A stretch of 64,000 nt of DNA from Lytechinus pictus (taxonomy: Eukaryota). A program made the translations under genes and the position numbers. Below are positions 37,943-52,799 of the stretch, piece by piece (position 1 is the first letter of the stretch; every line of letters begins with the position of its first letter). The notes beneath the pieces are model-generated. The model did not search any database. It saw only the letters and a list, made by a program, of their open reading frames with translations, and was not told the origin of the DNA. The DNA is taken from positions 45,634,001 to 45,698,000 of the forward strand of contig NC_087251.1 of assembly GCF_037042905.1 (NCBI RefSeq). Direction: 5' to 3'.

Positions 37943-38355
37943 GAGGCCGTTCTCATTACGCTTTCTAAAACTTGTTTACTGGAAACCGATTCAGGAAACC
38001 ACTTTGGAAGATCGATTTGCTAGCGTTCCCACTTGATCACACGAAAGCGGTTTTCAAAATCACTTCACGTAAAGCGCTCTTGTTGCTATGGAAACGCTCT
38101 CAGTGGGGTGACACGTTTCGCGCGAAATTCAAAACCGCAGCATAGGCATTCTACACCTGTCGTGTGGAGTAGCGCGCTCAAAATTTGCGAAGATTGCTTC
38201 CCGAAGAACGGTTATGTCCTCACTTACGCTAAAACCAGTTTAACGAGGCAAAGTGATCTTGAGAAGATCGCTTCCAAGACCGCTTTGACCGTTCTCACTA
38301 CGCGTTAAACTAGTTCCCACTAAACTAGTTTTAGGAACGTAGTGAGAACAGCCTC
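37943..38355. mobile_element. MITE with GAGGCCGTTCTCATTACG TIR
   Basis: GAGGCCGTTCTCATTACGCTTTCTAAAACT / AGTTTTAGGAACGTAGTGAGAACAGCCTC; TSD not clear. Confidence 0.7.
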
Positions 38356-39421
38356 TTTCAGTCTGCCAGATGACTGGAGGGGGACTTCTCGCTGCTCTCA
38401 AATGACCCATTCACGCTGCATGCCTCTGAAATCTACAGTATTTATATGGAGCCCTGACAATTGGGTGTGTTGTCACTGCCTCAAATATTATACTGATTCC
38501 TTGTTGTCCTTACCCCTGCAGAGCGGTGTTTGCTCTCTTATAACTGAATAAATTCTTAGTGCATATATTCGTGGGGAAACTCACTAAGAATTTCCACTAA
38601 TTTTGTAATCCAACTGCCCGGAAACCACTATTGAATTTTCCAAAAAAAATTGCAGTAAGATTAAAATGTGGTTTTCTAACAATCACGCATAAAAATCACT
38701 TTGTGGTTTATATATGGAAATCGAAAACAAATGAATACCACTTGATTTTCAAAATAAATGCAATAGGCATATTTGTAGGGCCTGATAATAACAAAACTAT
38801 CAGGCATGTATGTACAGTACATGTAACTACAGTATTGTGACATGAATTCAAAATTGTGTTTATAGGCCTAGATACATGTACAATAGACTTGTTTTTCTCC
38901 TACACTGTAGTAACATTTTAAAAAATGAGCCATTCTTTTTAAAGTATTCTTTTATTGCTTCTCCCAGTAAATACAAACATAAACTGGCTTCATAAATGTC
39001 ATCACTTCATTAATGATACATCATAACTTCATAAAAGCAATGGAACTTTGCTCAATTTGTCAACCCCCCCCCCCCCTCCATCCCCACCCCAACCAAGCTG
39101 AATTCAAGTGTCAACAAGCAAGTGGTGGCCTACCAAGATCAAGGTCTATCAACAGCCTTGAGCATTGTCCTTACAAAGATTTATTTTGTCAAATGCAAAC
39201 TATGCAGGAATGCGCATATGACCCACGGGCCACAGCCTTAGATCACTATCCACAGAGGTGACCAATCGCTCCAACTCTGTATGAATATGAAGTTTAACCT
39301 GTCTGTCCGATACCGTCACAGCAATAGAACTTTACCTATTTTTATTCAAAGCTTAGATTCACAGTTCTTTCATTTTTTTTTCAAAGGAAAATTTTCATAC
39401 AGTTTAATTCTTACACTTCTA

Positions 39422-39970
39422 CCCTTTTTACACACGCTAAAATTTCCTTAACCCTGTACTATAGGTGGGGCTAAATTGCCATTTAGCCCCACCTATAGTA
39501 CGGGGTTAAGCTTAGCCCACTTTCTTTTTACACAGCATTTTTGCAAAGTGGGCTAACCCCACCTTTAGTACGGGATTATTTGGCCCTGCAAAAAAGCAGG
39601 GTTATCCCAGCAATTGCGGTGCTAAGAGCGATAGTACGGGGTTAAGATCGCTAGTGTAAAACGAAAGTGGGCTAAGCTTAACCCCGTACTATAGGTGGGG
39701 CTAAATGGCAATTTAGCCCCACCTATAGTACGGGGTTAAGGAAATTTTAGCGTGTGTAAAAAGGTACGAGTGAAGTACTTGTACTACGAATGATCGACAA
39801 AAACCACTAGTCCGGGGTTAGCGAGTTTCGTGTGTGAAAAGCAAGCATTCCTTATCCGGGGTTAGCGATAACAATTTGGCATGTGTGAAAAGGAAAAATA
39901 ATAGTACGGGGTTAAGGATAGTACGGGGTTAGCGATAGTCCGGGGTTAAGAAAATCCTGTGTAAAAAGGG
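39422..39970. mobile_element. TA-targeting palindromic MITE, family CCCTTTTTACACA, copy 2
   Basis: TA TSD and same ends; near-identical to copy 1 except for a segment of about 40 bp in the 3' half. Confidence 0.85.
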
Positions 39971-40421
39971 TATAATAGTACAGATATACATGTAGATATA
40001 GGTCTGCATGTACGTATGGCATGTTGAACAATCAAAATCAGCCTTCAGAAGATACAGATTTATTTTGTTCATTTCAGAATAGTCAAAACCTTAAACTTCT
40101 GATTAAGTGACAGGATACCATCAGGGCTGACTGTACCAATAAGAAATACTTATAAAGAAAAATGGTGAGAATTTTTGTGTTTTAAAGTCCAGAAAATTTG
40201 TTTATTTCTCTGATTGATTTGGTACATGTACATTACAGAGTTTCAATTTTTTTAGCAATTTATATGGACAAAAAGATTAACAGGATTTTTTTTCTTATTC
40301 TACTTTCAGCGATACATGACTATAAAAGTCTGACATGAAATTAAACCTAAAACAATCGGCTCATTCAATCTACATGAAAGAGAAAGGATTTTGATACATT
40401 AGAGAAAAAGGTGCGACTTAC

Positions 40422-40533
40422 CAGATAAAATGACTTGATTTTCTTCATCAAGGAATCCAGATTCTGTATGCGTAGATTGATATCACCGTTGACCTCCCCG
40501 TTGACCCTTAGGGATGATGACGGTCTGGTGTCA
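40422..40533 (-). CDS. CCDC88: CCDC88 coding exon 3: (I)DTRPSSSLRVNGEVNGDINLRIQNLDSLMKKIKSFYL
   Basis: Acceptor TTACAG|T and donor CTG|GTAAGT; 112 nt, phase 2 to phase 0. Matches the VNxDxxLRIxNLxxLxxxIKxYY motif of CCDC88/Hook proteins. Confidence 0.9.
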
Positions 40534-41985
40534 CTGTAACAGATTCAATAATATGATATAGATTAAGAAATTGTCATTAATATAACTACAGCCTACAAAT
40601 ATTTGTACATGGACATGGAGATAATTATGTGGTTCTAAAGTCATAGCATTAGCAAATGATTTTTTCTTATCGTTTAAGACCATGGTGGTGATTTTTCTTC
40701 ATATAATTTTGGGGGCAAAATGGCTATTAAAAACTAAATCATCAATGGAAAAAGCACTGACTACAGAGGGGTAGTATTGTCACTGAACTTCACTGGAATT
40801 CAAAAAAAAAATAGGAGTCAACTGCAAGAAATTAGTTCAAATAATAATCTAATCCCATAGATCTGCCTTCATGGAAAATAATATGAATTTAGGAATTACT
40901 AGTACCCAGAACAGGGATTTCTGAAGTCGGTTTCATTCTAATTTTTGTATGCCAGGGGCCAATTTCATAAAAGATTAAAACAATTATGAATATAATTAAT
41001 ATGCCATTATAATGCTAACTACCAATAAAAGGCAAGGTTATCATGGTAGTTTCCATAATGGTATTTAAAATTACCATAATTGATAACTTATAACCAGTTC
41101 AGACGAGCAGAAGAAGCGCCCCGGATCAGACGAGAAACTGTTCTTTGTTTTAACAACAGTATAAAGTCCAGATGAACAGATTTATTTTCTCTTTGTAATT
41201 TGTCTTTCTTCCTGGATGAATCAAAACATGAAGTTTATCATAATTGTAACTATTTTTATGAAATAGGCATCTGGGATATACATGTACAGTAGGAAGTGTA
41301 CACCACAAGTTTCTAAAGAAATAAAAAGTACAACATAGAACTATAATATCATATCACCTGAAACCAGATTTCCCACATAGGTTCGAATTCATTTTCTCAT
41401 CGTCCCCTTCCCATTCTTATTCAAGCAATCTGCTCATAATGACAATCCTTCTCCTGCAAACTGTAAATGTTAAATTATTTGGTAGCAGATCATATTTGTT
41501 TAGAATGACTTTTTATTTAGTCATTATTTTTCTTTATGATTCATGCCAAATATCAATTACCAATATGTTATGTTTGTTACATGTATGTAATGAAAAATGT
41601 ATTTATACGAATGTTATGAACGCAGAAGAAAACAATAAATTAAATCAAATCAAATCTATGCTATATACAATACTTGTACATGAACATGCAAGAAGGGATT
41701 GCTTTATTTCTCCAAAGTGTACGATGTTAAGAACGCAGCAACTTGTGTGACAGGGGAAATCCCCTGGGAAGGTAGGGGGCTTTAGTATATACATGTATCA
41801 GCCAGCAAGCAGTGAACAGCTCTCAACCAAAACAAATCTGTGTTGAAGCACAAGTGGAAGTGAAACCAGGCCAGAATGTAATCCCTTATCACAGATCTGC
41901 CAGATTAGCTATGGCTTGAAATATCTTGTTTATCTTTCAGAAAGGGATTGAAATGCCTTATTTATCAGGAAGGCATGTCTACATA

Positions 41986-42460
41986 GGTGGTTTCAGACCG
42001 CCTCGAAGTTCGCCAGTTCCAGGTATTCTCTGATCGGGAAATTTACCCCGATCAGAAAATACCAGGTATTATGGCGGTGTGAAAGCAAACTACGCGTAAT
42101 ATCCCCGAAAGAAAATACCCGATAAATAGTAGGTACTTGGCGAAATTACGAGAACTTTCGCGGGGATTTTTCCAAGGTCGTGGGTATTTTGGCGGTCTGA
42201 AAGCAAATTACGGGAACTTTTAGCCCAGCGTGTCGTTGGGTGCGCCGCCGTGCATGGGTTGCTGCTGGGCTAGTGATTTTGAATTTCGCGCCTTGCTGCT
42301 TATCAGACCATACTGCGCATGCTCGTAACTTCAGGAACTTATGCCGAAGGGTATGTTTCAGGGCGGTATGAATGCATGAATAATTAATGGGTATTTTTCA
42401 GCCTAAAAAAGTTCTCTAATTTAACGGGGATTATTGTGATCGAGGCGGTTTGAAACCACC
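41986..42460. mobile_element. TA-targeting MITE, family GGTGGTTTCAGACCGCCTCGA, copy 2
   Basis: Same TIRs as copy 1, TA on both sides, same orientation. Confidence 0.85.
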
Positions 42461-43900
42461 TATTGATATCTTATTACAGTCTACCAGAGGCTAGTGCACT
42501 ATACATGTAGCTGGGCAAATTGCTTGTGCACACATACACCAGCAATAGGCCAATCGATAGGGGTTACCCAAATTGCCATCATACCACATATGTGCAGACA
42601 GTCATGGCAAAACGCAAAAGTGAGATTTCATGTATCAAAAAGAAGCAAATAAATGCATCACCATGGTGTTTGTACATTTATAGGCCTACATATAATTTTT
42701 ATTCATAGGCTTATATATCAAAATTTGCCTTCATTGTAGAAGAATCATGTAAGGTAATTCAAATTCAGTCACCTGCTTCCATTTACCAGTATAGGCCTAT
42801 TAAATACATCATTTGAATGTTAAAGTTTAGTGAACTACATGTATATATAGGCCTATAGATGCATATATGTGATCATAATCACACTCAAGAAATCCAGATA
42901 ATTCAATTCAAGATTTTGTCACTTTGATAATGTAGTGCATTGTATACCATTACGACATGATGGCCGCAGCCAGCACAATTACAAATTCCTTAACCACACA
43001 GTGACATTACAACAACATATGCTGTGGCTAGGTACCACATGTACATTACATCAATTGGTCTATCTTTGTAGGCCCTACACTATTCTAAATGTATACCAAT
43101 GGGCAAGAGCGGCAGCAGACAGCACACACATGTTTGAACTGCTGCTTGGCGGACTGGGCCAGCCTAGAAACTAATTAGTTTTGAACGTGAAGCAGGAGAG
43201 AGAACGGCCCATACTACGCACACCAGACCCATCTCATCACCACACTTCCAACGGCCCAATATTTACGCAAGACTCTCGCGCAAACAGTCGAATGCCCGAG
43301 ATAATGAAATTGCAGGATCGGACTTCGTAATGATATTGATTTTAGCCCACAAATTAGGTGGCATCGTTGTCCTTCAGCCTTCCACCTATTTTGAAATTTA
43401 TATTTTTCAAAGTTTCTAAAACTCTTTGTTATAGATATAGCCTTGGTAATAATAAATGTCCACATGACTGGATACAAGTATAGGACGAGGAAGGAGTGCT
43501 CCATTTTATTAAAATACAAAAAAAAGCTAGATGATTTTCTTGTTTAGTCCATCAATATGTCCATATTCCCATTCCATCTCATTAAAGTTCTACAAGTACT
43601 ATACACATGTACAGGTATTTGTACCTGAAGTACCACAGTACTATTAAATTCATATAAAGTGAAACAGTACAGATGTACTTTGCATTTGACTGTCCCTTCC
43701 TTGCTTGACTGTACTTTTATTTATTTTTATTGGCAATGGATTGAATTAAATGTTTTAAGCTTGACTTAAAGCCATATTCATTCTACATACATGTATACAT
43801 GTATGAGCTTGCAGATACATGTATGAAATATATCTAAATTTACCTTTACCAACCATTTCAACTAAGAAGACTACCAGTAATCAAAATACATAAGACAATA

Positions 43901-44124
43901 GGGGGTGTTGTAAGAAAATATTTGCGATCAATTGCAAATATTCTGTTGCAATTTTACAACTGATAGATCACCGTTAGCTGTAGCAAATCAGATTAAACTT
44001 CTTGTTTCAAGGAGCAAAATAGCAATCAATCACTAATTTGCAATTAACTGCAAGACATACAGTATGATTGATTTAGGGACCGAAAATTGACTTGCAATTG
44101 ATCGCAAGTTTCTTGCAACACCCC
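43901..44124. mobile_element. Short palindromic MITE
   Basis: GGGGTGTTGTAAGAAA..TTGCGATCAATTGCAA / TTGCAATTGATCGCAAGTTTCTTGCAACACCCC. Confidence 0.7.
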
Positions 44125-44778
44125 ATTAGACAGGGAACACATATCAAAACAATATTCTGTGTACATGTACAGTACATAAAAAAGTGTGAAAAGTGTATAC
44201 ATGTACATGTATGTATTGTACATTACATTGTGCAGATACATGTACATTACACTGTACTACAGTACATTGTACTGTACATGGTGTGTTTGTATGCAAGTAG
44301 TGAGATTATGAGAATGAGTTAAAAGATAATTATCTTTGCTCCTTTGCTAGTGCTTCTAATTCCAGGCCCATTTCCCAGGCCATGCATGATATACAGTTGA
44401 CTTTGAACCAGTAATTCATCTGGCATATTATCTGAGAATGCAGGAATTTATTTGCCCGAGGGAATTCACCTCATCAAAGTGCATCAAATACTCTAGCAAA
44501 ATTGATTTTTAAAAGGCATTTTTAGAAAATATTGATTTATAGTTCGCACTCTCATGTATAGTCACAAATGGTGAAGTGTACACACCATGCATGACCAAAC
44601 ACAGTACATGTACATGACTACATTGTACCTGCATAATAATTTCTGTAATATATAACATCTACCTGTACATATTTTCTAATATGCTCATAATTTTTAGATA
44701 CATGTACACATACTAGTACTATTGTGTACCATTGAAAATTTCTTGCTCATTTGAATAACCTTCCCTGTATTAAAAAAA

Positions 44779-45300
44779 AGGGTAAGTCCACGCTGAATTC
44801 ATGTTGGCATACAAAATCGTATATAATCATATGAATAACAAAAGATGAAAATGATGTCTGGTGAATATCCATTCATGACTTAAAAAAATATAATCCATGT
44901 ATTCTGTGGTGTCTCCCTTATTTAATATAGGCCAACATCATATTCATATTGCCAATCCACAATGCTTCATAAATCATGATCTTGTTTGAAATAATGTGCA
45001 TGATAATGAATGCATGCATACAATTAGTTTTTCCATTTCCAACAAAATGACAGTCACACTAATAGTAAGAAATTTTCATTTGGGCCTTCATTATACAGGC
45101 CTACATGTAGGTGTATGGGGGAGAGCGCTGCATGCTCACATGTGACATTATATTGAAACCCCTGCCATACTGTACTTCACAATTTTAATCTTTGATAGAT
45201 TTTTCATCAAACCCCATTAGGCTAATAGTAATACAGGTATGTCTTTTTTTGTTTTCCTGTTTCATTCGAACCTAATTGACTCTCAGCGTGAACTTCCCCT
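44779..45300. mobile_element. Degenerate Kolobok-type MITE
   Basis: AGGGTAAGTCCACGCTGA ... TCAGCGTGAACTTCCCCT|TTAA. Confidence 0.55.
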
Positions 45301-46979
45301 TTAAACCCAGCAGACTAATGCATACTGTGAATGCAATAGGTGAGTGAGTCACTCCTTACACGAATGATTTTACATACCATTACAACACACCGGGAATATC
45401 CCCAAAAACATACATGTGCATCCATAAGCTAGAACATGAATGTATCAGACAGAAACAAGAGAGATGACATTGAGGAGTAGGGGAGGGGATAAGAGGCATG
45501 TACGTACACACGTTCGGGGGGGGGGGGGGGGGGGCATTTGATGAAACAAGTGATTTTCACTTACTTTTTTGCTCTGAGCCATTCAGATACAATGATTTCA
45601 GTAACTTATAACAAATAGGGACTACATTTATATGGTGAAAAGGAATTACTGACTAAAATCACTACTTACTACGATCACTATTTTGTTTTAATGAAATGCT
45701 TCACTAAAAGAGGTTTGGAGAATAAAGAGAAAAGGAGATACAGAGGGATAGAACAAGCAGAAGTATGCATAGAGACTGATGGGAGAAGAGGAGGATGAGA
45801 GCGAGATGGAGCGAGTGAAGGAGAGACATTTGATACCAATGAATGGTGAAGCATCTCTCACTTGGGCTATAGAATAACCCCCTCCTGGAATTCTTGTATG
45901 CATTACTGCCATTCACTCACACTCAGTCAGGAGTAGGCCTCCTTTTTGATGAATTCGGGAGTATACATGTAGTTTTCCATTGGTAATACTATACCAAAAA
46001 ACATAGAGAATTTAACGAACAAATTTAACAAGACCAAGTGGTGGAGGGGGGGGGGCATGGATTGCATTTTATACTTGATTTCATTTATAAAAATGCCAAA
46101 TTGCATGGAATACCATCTAACCAATTAACATGTAGTTCATTTCTTGTTGTTGATTTAATATCAGTTGTGTATTTGCTCTTCCATTAGCAAGTCCACAATT
46201 GTAAACGCTTCTTACAGAGTAAACAAAGAGGTTTGCTGTGAGCAAAATGCATGTATTAGTAATTGTAATACATGTACATACAAATATATGTACATGTCTC
46301 TTTTAATATGCAGAGCCATACAAGTACATGTACATTACCAAGCTTTATACATGACATGTAAGAAGCAATCACACACCAACCCACATGAATAATCTGCATA
46401 GAAATAATGAACCCAGTTTAGGATGTTTTCAAATCACGAGTCATGCATTCTTGACTTATCTATCAATATTTGTGATGGTCATTCTTCTGACTAAAGTAGT
46501 CGCAATTCCATGGCAACAATGCAAATAATTTGGCTCACTGGGTAATTGCCAAGGACGCCACACTGTACTTGTTGATTTCTGAGCTTCACTGGGGGGGAGT
46601 TTGGGGACACGCCCACCCAAGGAAAATGAGTGATTCACTGTTTATCATACATGTAGGCCTATAGTATTGATTTAGCCTACTGTACCTGTACTGTATCACT
46701 GTCCTACAGCACTTCACAGTCCATTTACAATATCTATGATTAATTATCTATGATACTGTATTTGTAATATACATTGTAGTTCGAAATAATCACATGGTTT
46801 CTTCTTCTTTATCAGTAGCAGAAATAGGGGCAGGTCTTAAATTTCAATATTTTCTAAGACAATGCCACTTTTCCATACAGCCCATTTTATTTATTTTTTT
46901 TAAATGAAGAAAAAAAATACAAAAGGGCAGAACAAATATCCCAGGCAAATCCAAGCAATGTGGGGGAAGTTACAAATTG

Positions 46980-47040
46980 ATGCAGAGGTTCGAACCCTGG
47001 TCACGTCTTTCGGATGGTGACGTTAAATGTCGGTCCCAGG
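46980..47040 (+). mobile_element. SINE fragment (B box plus Deu-domain-like motif)
   Basis: GGTTCGAACCC followed by CGTCTTTCGGATGGTGACGTTAAATGTCGGTCC, resembling the recalled CGTCTTTCGGATGAGACGTTAAACCGAGGTCC motif of DeuSINE/SINE3. Confidence 0.4.
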
Positions 47041-47150
47041 TGTAAATAATCATATCTGATTGATATACATGTCTGACAAAACTCAAATACACACACATGC
47101 TCAGGCCAATGAGAGGGGCATCATGATGGCCAGTCAACGGGACATCCACA

Positions 47151-48467
47151 CAGTGAAAAAAATACACGGGGGCGGCGGGCGAATTCGCCCCGGAAATGCC
47201 TAAAGTCGCCCTCGAAATCACCCAAAATCATGCTTTCGGGGGCGACATAAAATCTGAATGTCGCCCCCGAAATTATTGCCGAGTGATAACAACTCAACGA
47301 CCCACTAGCGCCATATGCTAGAGCTCCACTTACCATTTAAAAATCATCCAAAATCCACACTCAAAATCATGAATAAGCCTTGAAAATAGCGAGGAGCGCA
47401 GTTTCAAATTCCGAAGTTGCGTCTTTTTTTCTGTACCATGTATTTTCACACACATGGTACCAGGTATGGAAAAAAAAATGAACGTGACGGTCGGGAAACA
47501 GTTGCATGTATAGGGGTCCATTATGACTACCACCATGTGCAATTTCTAATGCACATGTTGTTTCCCCTACAGTTATCACAATTCTGTGATAAAATAATTC
47601 GAGTCTAGTAACCTATCATTGGTGAGTTGTCATTCGGCTTTGCTTTTCAAAACGGCCTATTAACATCCAAAATAACTTACCTTATTTATTAATTATAACT
47701 TAAAAATCAATTGTTTTATTTTTCTCGGGGATGTGGTAAATATCAGACAATAAATCATCAAACAAAGCTCCATCTATTTTACAAGGCCGGCGGCAGGCGC
47801 ACGCATTGGCGCTTGTATTAGCTAGGCAGTCTGAGCTCTGTCTCTCTGCCAGAGCTCTGGGGGACAATTCGCTCAGTAAAGGCCTCAATGATGGTGATTT
47901 TCTGTTTCAGACAGAGTTTACATTTCGGGTATATTATTCAAAACTGCCAATAAAGTTTGATGATTTCTTCATTGTCATGTATATTTAAGTTCTTAATGAA
48001 TACATTCTCACCAAATTTAGACTCCCTCATAGAGAAATGCAGTTTTCATGGAGATCTGCGTTTTCAAAGAACTTCACGAAAAGTTAGGGTATGTGATAAT
48101 GTGGGCCTTTATTACATGTACACTGTATATGGCCTAGTACAGGGAATAGACTGAGAAGAAATTACATATTGAATTCATTTATATCCATGTCCAACTCACA
48201 GTCACACCCACACACACACACACCCACCCACACACACACACCCAAGATTCTAAGCATGAAAAAAATAACTTAAAAAATCATACAATATTAAACAAAAAGT
48301 AATAATTGATAAGTGAACAATTAATCCTCAAAATACAAAAAAGTAGCATTCAAAAAGAGCCCCCGAAATGCAAAAAGGAGCCCCCGAAAGGTAAAAATGG
48401 AGCCCCCGAAATTTGACAAAAAATTTAAAATGGAGCCCCCGAAAAAAAAAAAATAATTTTTTCCCTG
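47151..48467. mobile_element. Non-autonomous hAT transposon
   Basis: Ends CAGTGAAAAAAAT / ATTTTTTCCCTG. Perfect 8-bp TSD CATCCACA (47143-47150, 48468-48475). Subterminal GCCCCCGAAA repeats at both ends. No transposase ORF. Confidence 0.85.
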
Positions 48468-51400
48468 CATCCACAGCCATGCCCCCACCCCACTGACCAT
48501 TCAGTGAAGCCCCACCCCCTCCCTCTCACCCTATATGACATGGATGTACTACATGATGGACTCTCCACCTTAAATTAAATTTGAAAGCCTTTTCTTGCGT
48601 GAGTGATGTTCAATCAGCCATATCCTTCACCAGCTAGCTAGGCCCAAGGAATTCCCCTCACAGCTTGAGAAGCCAGTAAAGCTTCTTTGACTCCCAGCAG
48701 TGTCTCTGACATTTTGAGGGATGAGAAATTAAATGAAGGGGAATCAGAGCTCATCATGGCTTTAACACCTCCCCAGCGAGCCCCTTACTCAACTGCCACC
48801 TTCGTCTTTTTCATCTGACTCCAACCACTGCTGGTTTACATGGTTATTTTGGTGCATGTAAATAAGTGCATGTAGATAAGTGTAGGTCAGTATAAAGCAG
48901 TCATATCATTTATGATCTCAGGCTTTACACATCATGTACATAAACACATGGTAAAATATACAAGTATTGTACATCCAGATACCATTTACGATGTATACCC
49001 TTCAAACTTTGATGAGGCCTTCATACTGTGTTACATTTTCTCTATAGCTATTTATGATACATTTCGTATTACAATCAATGTGGTATATCTTTTCTCTATT
49101 CATCTGTTTTGTTTTTTTGTTTTTTATGAAAGTATACATGTAGCTGGAAATCATGTAGGCCTACATGTACATATATTTGTATATATACTGTTCTTTTGTT
49201 TAGATCTCTTTTTATCTGAACAAAAATGTTGATATAAAGATGTTCAGCAAATATGATTAGATTGGAGTACGCACCATCCTGATCATTACCATCATCATAA
49301 AAAAATGTTTCTTTTAATCTCCAGGATAGAGTTAACATGTATATAATTAGAGCCTAGCTAGATATCGTTGAATGACACTTACTATACAGCAGCAACACGT
49401 AATGTACCCTACATTGGATATCCTGTGCGAGTTAAACAGGTTTCCGGGATGATGTTATTCTAATTTGTTCTATTTTTACGGAAAACTAATTACCATCCAA
49501 TGCCCAGGGTCCTATTAATGGAGAACGCAGGGCACTTCATAAGTACAGTATGTATAATGAAGCTGTTCATCACATACTTGTAAATGTACAGTGTACACCA
49601 ACAGGTAAACATTGCATCAGCATAACAAGTGAACGTTTTCTGACTTTTGACTATTTTGCATTGCAAATGTATTATTTCAAATGACTGTCACAAATGTGAA
49701 TTGATGACTTTGTATCCACTATGATTATAATTTTGTGTTACAAGTGAAAAAATATAGCTTTTTTTTTAAATAAGAAAAATTAAGTACCGGTAACAGCCTA
49801 CATGTACTTAGCATTTATTTTTATTTTAATAAAATTGACTTATATAAGAAGTAGGGAAGCCTGCGCATGACATCTGACTTCATGCAGACAATGATTAATA
49901 TTTTCCCCTCTCACAGGAAATCAAACTACATGTATGTCAGGTTACTTTTAATCAGACTTACTCATACACACACCTGTTAATCTGGCACATGGCGCTAAAA
50001 GTGTTGCAAGTCTGCAACCTCAGAGGTACAGTATCTGTGTTTGATATCTCCTCAATGTTGCGACAAATAATGTATAATTGTACGGGTAAATGTACATACA
50101 CATGTAGAGAAGGTACACCTACTAATGGCTATAGATGTTTCATAGTATATTATGGAATAATCTTACTTCTCAAGTTTGATCAGCATTTCTGGTTATATTA
50201 AGAGAAAAGCAGTCATAAACAATGAGGAGCAAATGTGAGGTGCTATACCAGGAAAATTATTTTCTGTACATGTACAAAAATAGAAATACATGACCCCTGT
50301 AGTACATTAGATGATTGAACCTTCAACTGATATCTAAAACATGTAGATGTATGTACATGTGGGCCTACAGGTGTATCACCGTGTATGTCTTTTTTCTCTT
50401 TTAAAATTAGGTGTACAATGGTAATGTGGAACACACTACATTTTGATCTCCTAAACACCTTCATTCAGTCATTTTATTATCAATGAAATTGCATGTACTA
50501 AATTTACTTTAAAGTGGCAGTGCTCAGGTGATCAGTGCTCCAGTGGAATTTTCAAGAGGCATCATTCACCACAATTCTTGATTGTTCAGGTATATGCTGA
50601 CTGGGCTTTGAAATAGTAATTGGCACATTAATATTCACTGATTCAAATCGATAAATATTTACAACGTATGCACACGGGTGAACACAGCTGTGACAATCTG
50701 TAAACAATGGTTTTGTCATCCAAAAGTCATTCAAGTGAGAATTCTAAAACTAGTCATCCTGGTTTGTTTATTGATTAGTGACAGATTGTAGAGTTTTAAA
50801 TATTGATCATTACAATTTTACATGTATGTAATACGGATTACAAGTTAGTCTGTGTTTGGTCTTGTTACAAACAAATATGCAAGACCACTGCATATTATAA
50901 AAGGTGTAGCCACATGTACATGTTATTGGATAATAAACCTAATTTATTATAAGTACATCTTTCTTTAGCTTCAGCAAGAAATTGTGCTGCATTCTACCCA
51001 GGTGAGGTGAATGGGTACCTGGCAGGATTAATTCCTTGACTGCACTGAGCGCTGAGCAAGTGGTGCCTGTATGTTAGTACTACTGTATGTACATGAATGA
51101 ACATGTATGTACATTCATACAGTAGCTCAAAATAAATTCAGGGTAATAATAGTTGGGTTTTGTATCCTCTGGTATTACATATACATGTAGATCTGGCTAC
51201 ATAAATCAAGCAATTATCATTAGCTTCATGACAACCAGTGCATACTGAACTTCACATGAGCCTGTAAAGAGCAAAGCTTCCTTTTTTAACGGAAGATAAA
51301 TCCAATTTATTCAAATCAAATATTACTGACCCTTTCATATTATATTTCCCCATATGACACTGAAACAAATTTTGACCTCAATTTCTCTCAACCACAAGAG

Positions 51401-52299
51401 GTCATCTGCAGCTGGTGACGTATATCTCACACATAAAGGCTATCTCAGTGTGGTCCTAATATATAGATACACTCTAAACTTAAGTAACTTTGCCTTTAGT
51501 AATCAAAGCTACTGTCCCACATAAATGTGTTTGACTTCGGGTAATTCAAATTGGGACTTATGAACAATTGCACAAGTACATGAAACACATACATGTACAT
51601 GTATAATTGTGTACAATAAAGGTTAAAAATTGCTTGTCAAATACTTTAAAGTGACTTAATAAATATGCAATTTTTCCTGGACTTTAATACTGGGTACTAT
51701 GTTACAGTCAGCATGCATACTACATGTAGGCCTACATGTATATCCCAACTTTAAAAACTTTAGAATCTTCAGAATAAAGGATAAGCAGTGAAATCATGCA
51801 TTATACTTCATGTGAATTTCTTCTCAAGACTCCTGCCTTTTAACATTTTCCACAGTTCAATTACATTTACTGTGTAATGTGTAGGCCCTATACTATACGT
51901 GAGCTCGCGTAAACAGGAAATTGGACTGGGAAGAAGTGGCATGCACATGTATCTTGAGGCTAAGAAGCAATCGCTGCTGTGAAACTAATCATAGACAGTA
52001 AATAGAGGAATAGACCTAATGATTAGTTATAACTGCAGAAAATTGCTTGATATATATATCCCAAACTGTAACACGTTGTATACAGATCAATATCAGGAGC
52101 AACTCAATGGAAGGTTTCCTACTGGACCATCTGTAAAAAAATTATGTATAGTGTCTGTCTTTGTAGTAATGCAACACATCACAATCTTGACGAAAATGCA
52201 ATGTATGTGATTCACTGTAATTAAAAGTCCTGACAAAGTTTCCATTCAACTGCTTACATAGCATGAAGGCCCTGATTTAACCCTCTTTTTTTTAATATA

Positions 52300-52799
52300 T
52301 GCTTTTCACATTGCATTTCCTTAACCCCGTACTATCCTTAACCCCGGACTATCCTTAACCCCATACTATCTTTTTTGGATTCACGCTGTCTTTCTTAACC
52401 CCATACTATCTGCTAAGCCGGGGTTAACGCCTTAACCCCGGACTATCCCACAGCTCATGAATATTGATGATTTTACCATACAGAGCGCGATTAACGTGCA
52501 ATTTCGAATTCTGTGATTTGCTATTGCTTAGCCCCACTTTTCCTTAGCCCGGTTTCGTTTCACACTGCATCTCTTAGCACCGCAATTGTGGTGCTAGCAC
52601 CACAATAAGCCTACTAACCCTGCTTTTTTGCAGGGCCAGATAGTACCGTACTATTTACCGTGCTAGCCCACTTTGCTAAAACGTAGTGTGAAAACGAAGT
52701 GGGCTAAGCTTAACCCCGGGAAATTGGTGGGGCTAAGGCCCCCCCCTTAGCCCCACCAATTTCCCGGGGTTAAGGAAAAAAAGTACAGTGTGAAAAGCA
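52300..52799. mobile_element. Related TA-targeting MITE (TTAACCCC motif family)
   Basis: TA|TGCTTTTCACA ... TGTGAAAAGCA|TA. Shares the CCTTAACCCCGTACTAT and CCCTGCTTTTTTGCAGGGCCA motifs with the 29440 family. Confidence 0.8.

Noticed and set aside
45516..45535. Long poly-G runs (also about 8119-8134, and poly-C about 27085-27103) as functional G-quadruplexes
   Set aside because: Homopolymer runs recur throughout this sequence and their length is assembly-sensitive; no locus-specific support.
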